Positions 1 to 10,078 of a stretch of DNA of 64,000 nt are shown here, one piece after another. Source of the DNA: Gammaproteobacteria bacterium (GTDB taxonomy: Bacteria; Pseudomonadota; Gammaproteobacteria; SZUA-152); assembly GCA_050116575.1 (NCBI GenBank), contig JASFOJ010000005.1:506-64505 (forward strand), in the 5' to 3' direction. The position numbers were made by a program, and so were the translations under genes. Position 1 is the first letter of the stretch; the number at the start of each line of letters is the position of its first letter. The notes beneath the pieces were generated by a model. The model did not search any database, was not told the origin of the DNA, and saw only the letters and a program-made list of their open reading frames with translations.

Positions 1-335
1 GTTACCTTGACGCAGATGCTGCGGTCGGGGTAGCGCTCGGCATAAACTTCCACGAAAACCGTTAACGAGGTGGTACCCACTTTCACAACCTTTGCGTAAC
101 AACTGATCAGATCGCCCACGTAGACCGGCTTGTGAAACTGAAAGGAATTCACTGCCACGGTTACCGTGCGGCCCCTGGCGCGGCGGCTGGCGGGAATACT
201 GCCGGCCAGGTCCACCTGCGACATAATCCAGCCGCCGAAAATGTCACCGGCGGCATTGGTATCCATGGGGCGTGCCGGCAGGCGCATGGTAGGATGCTCC
301 TCGGGTAACGGCACATGATCACTGTCCTGGTTCAT
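1..335 (-). CDS. yciA: Acyl-CoA thioesterase (YciA/hotdog family), 3' end runs off the window
   Basis: Not in the ORF track; translated by hand: MNQDSDHVPLPEEHPTMRLPARPMDTNAAGDIFGGWIMSQVDLAG...VAVNSFQFHKPVYVGDLISCYAKVVKVGTTSLTV. DTN..GDIFGGW..SQ.D is the YciA signature. The ATG overlaps the upstream TGA (ATGA). Confidence 0.9.
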   Translation of the reverse strand, partial: MNQDSDHVPLPEEHPTMRLPARPMDTNAAGDIFGGWIMSQVDLAGSIPASRRARGRTVTVAVNSFQFHKPVYVGDLISCYAKVVKVGTTSLTVFVEVYAERYPDRSICVKV

Positions 336-2155
336 ACCGGTTTGTGTCCTTCATACAGGCGGTCGATGACCGGCTGAAAACGGTGGTGAATTTCCCCGCG
401 TTTGAGTTTCATAGTGGGCGTGATCAATCCATTTTCAATCGTCCAGGGGTCCAGGGTTAATGCCACGCGGCGGATCTGCATGTATCCCGGAAACGCGCGC
501 ATATGGCCGTTTATCCGCTCGATGATGGCATTCATGACGGTGTCGTTTTGCAGCGATGTTTCGTCGGCTTCAATCCCTAATGAGCTGGCGAATTCAGGCC
601 ACAGGTCCGGGTTTAAAACCACGAGGGCGCAAAGAAAGGGGCAATTGTCACCGATTACCATAATCTGGTCGATGAGATTGTCCGTACCCACCGCCATTTC
701 GAGATCGGCCGGTGGTGCTTTCTTGCCGTTGGACAACACGATGATTTCCTTCAGGCGGCCGGTAATGTAAATCCGTTTGTTCTCGATGCGGGCCTTGTCG
801 CCGGTATGCAACCAGCCGTCCTTGTCGATGATGGCCTCGGTGGCTTTCGGATTGTTCCAGTATCCGAGCATGTTACTGGGGCTGCGGGTGAGCAGTTCTT
901 CGTTGTCGCCAATACAAACCTCAATGCCTTCCAGTGGTTCACCGATACTGGCCGGATCGTTGTTGTCGGGGCGGTTGGCGCCGATTATGGGGCTGGTTTC
1001 AGTCAGGCCGTAGCCCTGGATCAGGTTCAGTCCCAACCCGATAAAGGTCCGGGCCACTTCATTGGACAGGGGAGCGCCGCCGCAAACGGCCAGCCGCAAC
1101 CGTCCCCCCAATTTAGCCATGATTTTGTTGGCGACTAATGCCTTCATTAGCGGCCACATCAGGTAAGTGTTTTCGGGGTGCTGGAACCGGTGCCAGCCCA
1201 GTTCTACGGCTTTGTGAAACAGATTGCGGGCAAATTCGGACTTGGTTTCCAACTGGGCGGTAATTTTGCCGTATACCCGTTCATAAATTCGCGGCACGGA
1301 AACCAGCACCGTGGGTTTTATGGTTAACAGGTCTTCCGCCAGTTCCTGTACCGAACGGGCGAACGCCATGGTTGAGCCGCACATCATGGGGATGTAGTAA
1401 CCTACGGTACGTTCGAACATGTGGGACAGCGGCAGGAAGGACAAAAACAGGTCTTCCCGGTAGATGGCAATACGCTGCACGGCGGCGTTGGCGTTAAACA
1501 GGATGTTGCGATGACTGAGCATCACCCCCTTGGGACGTCCCGTGGTGCCCGAGGTGTAGACAATGGTGGCCAGGTCGTCGCGGTTTGCGCGGTAGGTCTG
1601 CAACGGCGGCTGATGGTTTTCGTAGGTTTGCACGGAATTATCCACCCACTCATCGAATTGCATCAGGCGCGCGAAGTTGCCACTGTGTTCGCAACGTTGC
1701 AGGGTAAGCAGCCGGGTCAGGCCGCCAATTTGGGAGGCGATGCCGGACAGGTTATTCAGGTCCTGCTGGCCTTCAATCAGCAGCGCTTTAACGCCCGCAT
1801 CCTGCAGCACATAGGAAACATTGTCGACGCGGTCGTTGGTATACAGCGGTACTACGACCAGGCCCAGGCCCAGTGCGGCCTGTTCGAACTGAATCCATTG
1901 CGGGCAATTGCGTAACATAATCGCCACGCGGTCGCCGGGTTGCAGGCCGTCACCGGCCAGTGCCGCCTGGATTTGGGCGACCCGGTCGGCGGTTTCCTGC
2001 CAGGTAATGTCCTGCCAATCCTGTTTGTCATGATCGTAAAATCGGAATGCGATGTTGTCCGGTGTGCGCCGCGTACGTTCCCGTAACAATCCTCCCAATG
2101 TGCCGATACGTTCGAACTGGATAACATCCGAAGTACTAGAGCTCGTTACTAGCAT
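332..2155 (-). CDS. fadD: Long-chain fatty acid-CoA ligase (AMP-dependent synthetase, FadD15/ACSL-like)
   Basis: YTSGTTGRPKG AMP-binding motif, QGYGLTET, GWLHTGD, C-terminal TPTMKLKR; lies in the fad operon. Confidence 0.9.
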   Translation of the reverse strand: MLVTSSSTSDVIQFERIGTLGGLLRERTRRTPDNIAFRFYDHDKQDWQDITWQETADRVAQIQAALAGDGLQPGDRVAIMLRNCPQWIQFEQAALGLGLVVVPLYTNDRVDNVSYVLQDAGVKALLIEGQQDLNNLSGIASQIGGLTRLLTLQRCEHSGNFARLMQFDEWVDNSVQTYENHQPPLQTYRANRDDLATIVYTSGTTGRPKGVMLSHRNILFNANAAVQRIAIYREDLFLSFLPLSHMFERTVGYYIPMMCGSTMAFARSVQELAEDLLTIKPTVLVSVPRIYERVYGKITAQLETKSEFARNLFHKAVELGWHRFQHPENTYLMWPLMKALVANKIMAKLGGRLRLAVCGGAPLSNEVARTFIGLGLNLIQGYGLTETSPIIGANRPDNNDPASIGEPLEGIEVCIGDNEELLTRSPSNMLGYWNNPKATEAIIDKDGWLHTGDKARIENKRIYITGRLKEIIVLSNGKKAPPADLEMAVGTDNLIDQIMVIGDNCPFLCALVVLNPDLWPEFASSLGIEADETSLQNDTVMNAIIERINGHMRAFPGYMQIRRVALTLDPWTIENGLITPTMKLKRGEIHHRFQPVIDRLYEGHKPV

Positions 2156-4217
2156 ATTCTCGATCTCTTACTACGCTCAATTGCGGTTCCTTGCCGGGTT
2201 TCCAACCTGCGTCGGGTTTGAAACGTTGGCCATGTTTTTCTTCTAATTCAACCAGTTTGCGGTGTAGTGTATCAGTACCCTGTTGATCTATATAGTGCAT
2301 CGGCCCGCCGCGGAACGGCGCAAAACCGGTACCAAAGATAATGCCGGCATCCAGCAGGTCCTTGTCGGCAACCACGCCTTCGCGCAGGCAGGCGATGGCT
2401 TCGTTGACAAAACGCAACATTAACCGGTCCTGGATATCGGAAGGCCGGAAGTCCGACTTGCCGGCCTTGGCGTCGGTGGGCTTGCCCTTTTTGTAATGAT
2501 AGAAACCACGGTTGGTTTTTTTACCCAGGTGTCCTTCATGGACCAGTGTTTTCAGCCGCTGTGGGACTTCCATGTGGGTGGTGGCCGACAGGTTTTCAGC
2601 CACCGACAGGCAAATATCCAGACCCACGGTATCGGCCAGGGCAATGGGTCCCATGGGCATGCCAAAGCCTGTTGCTGTCGTATCGATGACCGGTGCCTTG
2701 ATGCCTTCCGATTCCAGGATCACCGCTTCCACCAGGTAGGGCATTAATACCCGGTTGACCAGGAAGCCCGGTGAACTTTTCACGGGTAACGGCAGGCGGC
2801 TGATATGGCGGGTAAAGGCGGCGGCTTTGTCCAGCACGTCCTGGCGCGTGTTGTCGGCACTGACAATTTCCACCAGTTGCATCATAGCCACGGGATTAAA
2901 AAAGTGGATGCCCACCAGGCGGCCGGGATCCTGCAGCGCTTCGCCCAGTTGTTCCAGGGGAATGCTGGAGGTATTGGTGGCCAGCAAAGCATCGGGTTTG
3001 ATCACCGGTTCAATCTCGCGGTACAAGGATTGTTTGGCTTCCTTGTCTTCAAAAATGGCCTCGATAATGACATCGGCGTGGGGAATGCCCAGGCCGTCCA
3101 TGTCGGGAACCAACCGGTCCATGGCGGCTTGTACCAGCAAACGGTTTTTGAGTTTCTTTTGATAGAGCTTGTTGGCGTTTTTAAATACACGGGCGATATT
3201 CTTTTCCTGCCGGTCCTGGATGGTGACCTGGAATCCCTGCAGGGCGCACCACGCGGCAATGTCACCGCCCATAACGCCGGCGCCGATGACGTGAATACGC
3301 TGCGGCGTAAACAGTTTTTTGTCCCCCAGCGACTTCAGGCGGTCCTGCAGAAAGAAAACCCGTATCAGGTTTTGCGCGGTATCGCCCACCACCAGCTTGG
3401 ACAGGGATGTTTCCTCGCCCTTGAGCATTTTGTCGCGGTTGCCGGCGTGTTTTTCCCACAGCTCAATAAGGGCGTAAGGCGCGGGGTAGTGTTGCTTGGG
3501 TGCCTTTTTGGCAACCTGGTTGCGGAAGACTTTCGCCAGCAACGGCCGCGCAAGCGCGTGGTTGGTGAGTTTCTTCCAGCCTTTGAGTTTGTGGCGCGGC
3601 GGTTTGTTGTTAATGACATCGGCTGCGGCCTTGCGCAGGTGACGTTCGGCCACCGTGTAGTCGATCATGCCCATCTTTTTCGCCGACCGGGCGCTGACCG
3701 CGCGGCCGGTTAACATGATATCCATGGCCGCCGGTGCGCCGATCAACAACGGCAGGCGCATGGCACCGCCGAACCCGGGGTGAATGCCCAGCTTGATTTC
3801 CGGCAGGCCGATTTTTGTCGACGGATCATCGAGGGCGATGCGGTATCGGCAGGCCAATGCCAGCTCGTAGCCGCCGCCCATGCAGAAGCCGTGAATAAGG
3901 CAAACCGTGGGAAAGCGCAGCTTTTCAATGCGGTTGAAGATACTTTGTCCGTGACGGATAAATTCAGCGGCCTGTTCAGTGTTCTGCGCCGAGGCGATCA
4001 CCTTGATATCGGCACCGGCAATAAATCCGTTCTTTTTGTCGGAAAGGATGACCAGGCCCTTCGGAGTATCGCCTTCCAGTTCGGTGATGATCTCGTCCAG
4101 CTCGTTGAGCATGTCCTGCGACAGCGAGTTGGTAGATTCCCCGGCTTTGTCCGCGTGCAACCAGGCGATAGCGTCAGCGTCGGTTTCCAGGTGCCAGTGT
4201 TGGTATTGTTTGCTCAT
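2136..4217 (-). CDS. fadJ: Fatty acid oxidation complex alpha subunit (enoyl-CoA hydratase / 3-hydroxyacyl-CoA dehydrogenase)
   Basis: Crotonase motifs FIAGADI, GGGYELALAC and GLPEIKLG; Rossmann motif VIGAGVMGG; ATNTSS and HFFNP. Confidence 0.9.
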   Translation of the reverse strand: MSKQYQHWHLETDADAIAWLHADKAGESTNSLSQDMLNELDEIITELEGDTPKGLVILSDKKNGFIAGADIKVIASAQNTEQAAEFIRHGQSIFNRIEKLRFPTVCLIHGFCMGGGYELALACRYRIALDDPSTKIGLPEIKLGIHPGFGGAMRLPLLIGAPAAMDIMLTGRAVSARSAKKMGMIDYTVAERHLRKAAADVINNKPPRHKLKGWKKLTNHALARPLLAKVFRNQVAKKAPKQHYPAPYALIELWEKHAGNRDKMLKGEETSLSKLVVGDTAQNLIRVFFLQDRLKSLGDKKLFTPQRIHVIGAGVMGGDIAAWCALQGFQVTIQDRQEKNIARVFKNANKLYQKKLKNRLLVQAAMDRLVPDMDGLGIPHADVIIEAIFEDKEAKQSLYREIEPVIKPDALLATNTSSIPLEQLGEALQDPGRLVGIHFFNPVAMMQLVEIVSADNTRQDVLDKAAAFTRHISRLPLPVKSSPGFLVNRVLMPYLVEAVILESEGIKAPVIDTTATGFGMPMGPIALADTVGLDICLSVAENLSATTHMEVPQRLKTLVHEGHLGKKTNRGFYHYKKGKPTDAKAGKSDFRPSDIQDRLMLRFVNEAIACLREGVVADKDLLDAGIIFGTGFAPFRGGPMHYIDQQGTDTLHRKLVELEEKHGQRFKPDAGWKPGKEPQLSVVRDREYASNEL

Positions 4218-4221
4218 AAAT

Positions 4222-5538
4222 TCACTCCGTGGCGGTTTCGGTTTCGCGTTCCACTAGCATGGCACCACCCTGGCCTCCCCCGATACACAGGCTGGCGATG
4301 CCCCGTTTGGCATCGTTGCGTTTGAGCACGTGTAATAAATGCAATACGATACGCGCGCCGCTGGCGCCCACGGGATGACCCAGGCTGATACCACCACCAT
4401 CGACGTTGAGCTTGTCCTGGTTCAATTCACCAATAGCGCCGCGGCTTTTTAATTCTTCGCGGCAGAACTTGCTGTCTTTCCAGGCTTCGATATTAGCGAG
4501 GATTTGCGCGGCAAATGCCTCGTTAATTTCCCAGTAATCCACGTCGTCAAGCTTGAACTTGTGACGTTTTAAAATCGGGGTCATCGCATAGACCGGTCCC
4601 AGTCCCATTTGCGCCGGGTCCAGTCCCGCCCACTCACTGTCGATAATTTTGCCCATTACCGGCAGGTCGTATTTTTCCACCATGGTTTCGTTGGTGAGGA
4701 TTAGCCAGGCGCAGCCGTCGGTCACCTGAGCACTGTTGCCGGCGGTGACGTTGCCGAAGGGTTTGTCGAACACCGGTTTGAGCTTGCCGAGCTTTTCAAC
4801 GTCAGTGTCACGGCGCAGCCCGTCATCCTCCATATAGAAGTTGCCATTGGTGTCATACAAGGTTTCGATTTCCTTGAGCTGGCCATGGTCAAGGGCATTG
4901 GCCAGCCGCTGGTGACTGCGAGTGGCGTAGGCGTCCATCATTTCACGGTTAATGCCAAAGCGGTGAGCCAGTATTTCCGCGGTCTGGCCCATGGACAAGC
5001 CAACCACCGGGTCGGTTAATCCCCGCAGTAACCCAATGACCGGTTTAAGATGCGCGGGACGTAACTGGCCCAGGGTTTTTATACGAGCGCCAACGGTCTT
5101 TGCCCGCATCCATTGTGACAGCCAGGCCACCATGGAATTGGCGAGCAATACCGGCGCATGGCTCATGGCTTCCACGCCACCGGCCAATACCAGGCTGGAG
5201 CGGCCCATGGCAATATTCTGTGCGGCGCTGTCCAGTGCCTGCAGTCCGGAAGCGCAGTTGCGCTGCACCGTCCAGGCAGGCACGTGTTCACTGCACCCCA
5301 GGCGCAACGCGGCAACCCGGGCGATATTGGCTTCGTCCGGACCGGGCATGACGCAACCCAGCACCACTTCATCGATGGCCGAGATCTCGAAGGGCTGGCG
5401 GGCCAGTAACGGCCTGGCGGTCATCACCGCCAGGTTGGCGGCAGTAAATGGTCCGGGTGCACCTTTGGCTTTTAAAAACGGGGAACGACTACCGTCAACG
5501 ACAAACACTTCATGGAGGGTTTTTCGTTTCTGGGTCAT
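4222..5538 (-). CDS. fadI: Acetyl-CoA C-acyltransferase (3-ketoacyl-CoA thiolase)
   Basis: Thiolase motifs RNCASG, EINEAFA, GHPVGASG and CIGGGQG. Confidence 0.9.
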   Translation of the reverse strand: MTQKRKTLHEVFVVDGSRSPFLKAKGAPGPFTAANLAVMTARPLLARQPFEISAIDEVVLGCVMPGPDEANIARVAALRLGCSEHVPAWTVQRNCASGLQALDSAAQNIAMGRSSLVLAGGVEAMSHAPVLLANSMVAWLSQWMRAKTVGARIKTLGQLRPAHLKPVIGLLRGLTDPVVGLSMGQTAEILAHRFGINREMMDAYATRSHQRLANALDHGQLKEIETLYDTNGNFYMEDDGLRRDTDVEKLGKLKPVFDKPFGNVTAGNSAQVTDGCAWLILTNETMVEKYDLPVMGKIIDSEWAGLDPAQMGLGPVYAMTPILKRHKFKLDDVDYWEINEAFAAQILANIEAWKDSKFCREELKSRGAIGELNQDKLNVDGGGISLGHPVGASGARIVLHLLHVLKRNDAKRGIASLCIGGGQGGAMLVERETETATE

Positions 5539-8016
5539 TTAGGCATACTCCTTTGCTCGATAGGCTTGCGCCTGCTGAGCCAGTTCTGCGGGTTCAAAAT
5601 CATCCACGGTTAACGCTTCACGTTGTGCCTGGTCGGCTTTGCGTAGCAGCTCCGCATCCTGTTCGTCGATCAATGCGGCCTGTAGCGCCTGGTCGATTTG
5701 TTGCGCGCGCTGGTAGGCGGTCACGTGGCCGGTTTGCAGCGCGGCGCGAAGTTTTTTCTCGGCGGCGTCGGCAGCAATAACACATTCCATGGCATATTCC
5801 AAACGGCCAACGGGTTCGGTGGTTTTACTTTGATCATCCGCGGGTAAAAACATGCCATGGGTCAATCGCTCTCGGGCCACGGTGTGTTGCAACATCAGGC
5901 GGGTGACTTTCTGGTCCAATACATCACCGGGTCCGGAAAATTGCTTGCCCAACGGAAACACCAGGCGTCGCAGAATCCAGGCCACGGGACGGTTGGGAAA
6001 GTTTAATAAAAACCGGTCGAGGCTTTGTTGCATGGTCCGCAACGAATGTTCACACCACCACCGAAGCAAGGGTAAATCCTCTGCGTGCTGCCCCTGGTCG
6101 TAGTACTGTTTCAACACCGCCGATGACAGATACAAGTGGCTTAATATGTCGGCCAGCCGGCCCGACAGTTTTTCCTTGCGTTTTAGATCGCCGCCCAGGG
6201 TCAGCATGGCCATATCGCTGACGAAGGCAAAGGCCGAGGAAAAACGCGTCAGTTGCCGATAATAGCCGGCGCTGCCGTCGGAGACCGGTGAGCGTACCAG
6301 GCGTGCCCCGGTCAGTCCCAGCCACAAACTGCGCAGGGCGTTGCTCAAAGTGAAGCCCACGTGGGCGAAAAACGCGTCGTCGAAATCCCGCGATGCCTGT
6401 TCGTCATCGGTATTGTGGGCGGCTTCCATCTCCTTCAGTACGTGGGGATGACAGCGAATGGCGCCCTGGCCGAAGATGATCATACTGCGGGTGAGAATAT
6501 TGGCGCCTTCCACGGTGATACTGATAGGGATAGACTGGTAGATACGTCCCAGCACATTGCGCGGGCCCAGGCAGATTCCGCTGCCGCCATGAATGTCCAT
6601 GGCGTCATTGACCACCGAGCGCATGGACTCGGTGAGGTTATACTTGACGATAGCGGAAATCACCGACGGGCTTTCGCCGTTGTCGATGGCCGATGCGGTC
6701 AGGGTGCGGGCGGCATCCATCATGTACGCTGTGCCCCCGATTCTTGCCAGCGCTTCCTCCACGCCCTCGAACCGGCCAATGGGGGTTTTAAATTGTTTGC
6801 GCACCCGGGCATAGGCACTGGTGAGCCGGCTCACCAGTTTGCCGGCGCCGGTACTCAACGCGGGCAGGGAAATAGAGCGTCCGGCGGCCAGGCATTCCAT
6901 TAACATGCGCCAGCCCTGGCCGGCGCGCTCGCGGCCACCGATGATCCAGTCGATGGGAATGAACACGTCCTTGCCCCAATTGGGTCCGTTCTGGAACGCA
7001 CTGTTTAACGGAAAATGCCGGTTGCCGATTTCAACGCCCGGCGTGTCGGTGGGGATCAGGGCGCAGGTAATACCCAGTTCTTCCTTATCACCCAATAAAT
7101 GGTCGGGGTCGTAGAGTTTGAACGCCAGTCCCAGCACCGTGGCAATGGGCCCCAGGGTGATATAACGCTTTTCCCAGTTAAGGCGAATACCCAGTACATC
7201 CTGTTCGCCGTTGAATTCCCCTTTGCATACGATACCGGTATCGGTCATGGCGGCGGCATCACTGCCGGCCTCCGGCGAGGTCAGGGCGAAGCAGGGTATT
7301 TCGATGCCTCTGGCCAGGCGTTGCAGGTAATGATCTTTCTGTTCTTCGGTGCCGTAGCGCAGCAACAGTTCCGCCGGGCCCAGGGAATTGGGTACCATAA
7401 TAGTGACGGCGGCGGTAATGGAACGGCCCGCCACTTTCATCACCACCGTGGAATGAGCCAGCGCTGAAAACTCCAGACCGCCGTAGCGCTTGGGGATGAT
7501 CATGGCGAAAAAGCCCTTGTCCTTCAGGAATTGCCACACTTGCTCGGGCAGGTCGTGGTCGTGGTGGGTGATCTGCCAGTCATCCAGCATACGGCAAAGT
7601 TCGTTTACCGGACCGTCAATAAATGCCTGTTCGTCTTCGCTTAAGTGCGAAATGTGAGTATTGAGCAACCGGGACCATCTCGGTTTACCGCTGAACAGTT
7701 CGCCATCCCACCATACGCTGCCGGCATCCAGCGCCTCGCGCTCGGTTTGCGACATGGTGGGTAAAATTTTGCGGAACATTGCCAGTGCCCGGTCGCTGAT
7801 CAGCCGGCGTCGCCAGGTTTTAACATTGAGGGGAATGGCAATGGCAAGAAACACGATCCATGCGATTCCCTGGATAAAGGGCGGCGATCCGGCGAATTCC
7901 TGCCAGAACAGGACGTAGATGGCAACGATAATGGTGGCGGGCAGCAGTGAGATCCTGAAATAAAACAGTGATCCCATTGTTGCAATGAATAACAATAACC
8001 AGAAGCTGGTAGCCAT
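5539..8016 (-). CDS. fadE: Acyl-CoA dehydrogenase, long form with N-terminal membrane anchor
   Basis: 825 aa; two N-terminal TM segments, MVPNSLGPAELL, CFALTSPEAGSDA, ITVEGANIL, DUF1974-like C-terminus. Confidence 0.93.
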   Translation of the reverse strand: MATSFWLLLFIATMGSLFYFRISLLPATIIVAIYVLFWQEFAGSPPFIQGIAWIVFLAIAIPLNVKTWRRRLISDRALAMFRKILPTMSQTEREALDAGSVWWDGELFSGKPRWSRLLNTHISHLSEDEQAFIDGPVNELCRMLDDWQITHHDHDLPEQVWQFLKDKGFFAMIIPKRYGGLEFSALAHSTVVMKVAGRSITAAVTIMVPNSLGPAELLLRYGTEEQKDHYLQRLARGIEIPCFALTSPEAGSDAAAMTDTGIVCKGEFNGEQDVLGIRLNWEKRYITLGPIATVLGLAFKLYDPDHLLGDKEELGITCALIPTDTPGVEIGNRHFPLNSAFQNGPNWGKDVFIPIDWIIGGRERAGQGWRMLMECLAAGRSISLPALSTGAGKLVSRLTSAYARVRKQFKTPIGRFEGVEEALARIGGTAYMMDAARTLTASAIDNGESPSVISAIVKYNLTESMRSVVNDAMDIHGGSGICLGPRNVLGRIYQSIPISITVEGANILTRSMIIFGQGAIRCHPHVLKEMEAAHNTDDEQASRDFDDAFFAHVGFTLSNALRSLWLGLTGARLVRSPVSDGSAGYYRQLTRFSSAFAFVSDMAMLTLGGDLKRKEKLSGRLADILSHLYLSSAVLKQYYDQGQHAEDLPLLRWWCEHSLRTMQQSLDRFLLNFPNRPVAWILRRLVFPLGKQFSGPGDVLDQKVTRLMLQHTVARERLTHGMFLPADDQSKTTEPVGRLEYAMECVIAADAAEKKLRAALQTGHVTAYQRAQQIDQALQAALIDEQDAELLRKADQAQREALTVDDFEPAELAQQAQAYRAKEYA

Positions 8017-8040
8017 AGTATTTGCCTTTAATGTGACTGG

Positions 8041-9006
8041 TTAAGCTTTGCCGGCGCGGGGTTGATCCGGTTCCGGTTCGATTTCCGCATCGACAATTTC
8101 GTCATTATCCGATGTTTCAGTTACTGAAACACTAGATGATGATTTCACTAACTGTTGCGCCAGGGGTTCGGCTCCGCTGATATCCGCATCGGGAACCGGA
8201 ATAAAGCAGTCATGCTCGTCATTGCAAATCACGCCATCCTGATCCCAGGGCAGCTGCCGGTAAACGGCCAGGTCATTGAGGCCCAGCAATGGGTACTTGA
8301 TGATTTCGAAATAGGGGGAATAGTCAAAATCACGGGGCGTATATAGCCGCGTGTTGCGTTTGAACAGGCGTAAGCCGTTTTGGGTTTTGTGCACCACGGG
8401 CAGAATGGGAAAATGCACGGAACTGAACGCATTGGCGATCATGGTGGAGCAGACCGTTCTGGTTGACTGGCCGGCGTTGTGTTCAAACAGGCTGGAACGC
8501 CAGCGGCGTGGTATAAAACCGTACGGTAACAGGAAACGGCCCAGGTCCAGCAGTTGCCGGACATCGTATTCCCGGCCCAGGTGTTTAATGGAGTGGGCAA
8601 TAACCTGTTGCGCATCCTGGGGCGAGAGCCCGGTGGGCCGGCAGATGCGCAAATGGTCGTTAGCGTATTTATTAAGTGGTGCGATAATAGTGCCCTCGCC
8701 CAGCAACGGCTCAATGATGAGTTGATCTTCGGGGTCGCCGTCGTATAACCAGCTGACGTGTTCCCGCACGTTGGGGTCGGCAATATCCACCTGACGACCG
8801 ATATAAAGTGCCGAGTGGGTCCAGACGCTTTGAGTGATGGTTTTGATGACATCGCTGACCCTCGACCGACCTTCGACCAGTAGAACGTCGCAGGGGCGGA
8901 TCTCGAAACTCAGACGTTCAAAATCACACGGCGGGACACTGGTTGCGTTGCCTTCGTACGTCAACCAGTTGATCATCTTATCAGCTAACCATTTGAATGG
9001 TTTCAT
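8041..9006 (-). CDS. YiiX/YebB-like permuted papain-like (NlpC/P60) cysteine hydrolase
   Basis: N-terminal PCDVLLVEG..S..IK..TQS.WTHSALYIG (catalytic His), then G..YD, then VCSTMIANAF (catalytic Cys). His-before-Cys order indicates circular permutation. Acidic low-complexity tail. Confidence 0.8.
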   Translation of the reverse strand: MKPFKWLADKMINWLTYEGNATSVPPCDFERLSFEIRPCDVLLVEGRSRVSDVIKTITQSVWTHSALYIGRQVDIADPNVREHVSWLYDGDPEDQLIIEPLLGEGTIIAPLNKYANDHLRICRPTGLSPQDAQQVIAHSIKHLGREYDVRQLLDLGRFLLPYGFIPRRWRSSLFEHNAGQSTRTVCSTMIANAFSSVHFPILPVVHKTQNGLRLFKRNTRLYTPRDFDYSPYFEIIKYPLLGLNDLAVYRQLPWDQDGVICNDEHDCFIPVPDADISGAEPLAQQLVKSSSSVSVTETSDNDEIVDAEIEPEPDQPRAGKA

Positions 9007-9334
9007 GTTTATCCGCTATTGAAAATCCCGGCCAGTATTTGTTCGGCTGGGTGAATTAAAAAAAAGGTTCTTTACTCTAACTATAGTTAGCGGCCAAAGG
9101 CTTTTCACACTGTCATTGAAAATAACGATTTTTTTCATTTTCGAAGCATGACGGGACGTAATATGGTCAACCTGGGGTCATTGGTTTACCGGCCCAGCTG
9201 CCGGTACGCGGGTAATAAAATAACATATAAAACAAGAAATTAACTATTTTGTTTAACCTTTATCGCGTTGCCTCGGCAGTAGTCGCAGTTTGATCGTCTG
9301 GTTAGACTCTCCGTCGCTGGAAAAATTTACAAGT

Positions 9335-10078
9335 TCAGGGCCGGGAAGCCCTTATTGATTCTTCAACGTCCACGATAGTGGCGTAATCCATATGACCACG
9401 GAATCTAACGGTGCGGATCTGGAATTGATCATTGTGTGGAGAAATGATTTTCAGGGTGCAATCACTGCATGTATACAGGCATGACTCAAACACGCGCCGG
9501 TTTTTGCAATAATACTGGGTCTTACTGCCGGGACGCTGGCGCAAACGTTTAAAATCGTTAATGCTCATCCCGGCTACCGCCTGGTTATAAAATAACGCGT
9601 TGACGATGTTATAAGGCTTATCTCGGAAAGCGAACACCGTGTCCTGCGGTGTGCGGGTCAGGGTTTTCACTACCACGGGATTATTGCCTTTTCCCTGCAG
9701 AAAATGTGTTTGTTGCTTCGTTATAAAAACAGACGCACATTGTGTGCAATTTTTACGACACTGATTAACGATTTTCTTGTCACACCAGTAGACGGCGTTG
9801 TTGCGTTTCGGTCCATAGGGATAAGTATGGGTCGCTGCTTTGACTTCTGTAAGGTTCATGCCCGTGACCACATCGCCTGCTACGATTTCATTATAAAAGC
9901 GGGTTTTCAGTGCCGGTTTTTCCCGGCTGACAGGCTGCTTGTCCGGATAGCTGCGTTTGAGGTACTGATCTTTTTTCAGTTTTTCCTCATAAACCGGATC
10001 CGTGGTGGTGCAACCGGTCAACAGTATTACCAGCATCAATGCGATCGTAATCAGCGTTCCCTGTTGAGAGCTCGTCAC
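9335..10078 (-). CDS. Hypothetical lipoprotein with two internal Cys-rich repeats
   Basis: Hydrophobic signal peptide plus lipobox LLTGC; two copies of V..GM...(Y/W)C-x7/8-C-x3-C-x2-C. Confidence 0.65.
   Translation of the reverse strand: MTSSQQGTLITIALMLVILLTGCTTTDPVYEEKLKKDQYLKRSYPDKQPVSREKPALKTRFYNEIVAGDVVTGMNLTEVKAATHTYPYGPKRNNAVYWCDKKIVNQCRKNCTQCASVFITKQQTHFLQGKGNNPVVVKTLTRTPQDTVFAFRDKPYNIVNALFYNQAVAGMSINDFKRLRQRPGSKTQYYCKNRRVFESCLYTCSDCTLKIISPHNDQFQIRTVRFRGHMDYATIVDVEESIRASRP

Noticed and set aside
2805-3713. 302-aa plus-strand ORF, and similar long antisense ORFs (e.g. 36925-37938, 35950-36687, 45965-46762, 38411-39103)
   Set aside because: They lie wholly or largely antisense to well-supported genes and have no motifs; these are typical shadow ORFs of GC3-biased coding DNA.
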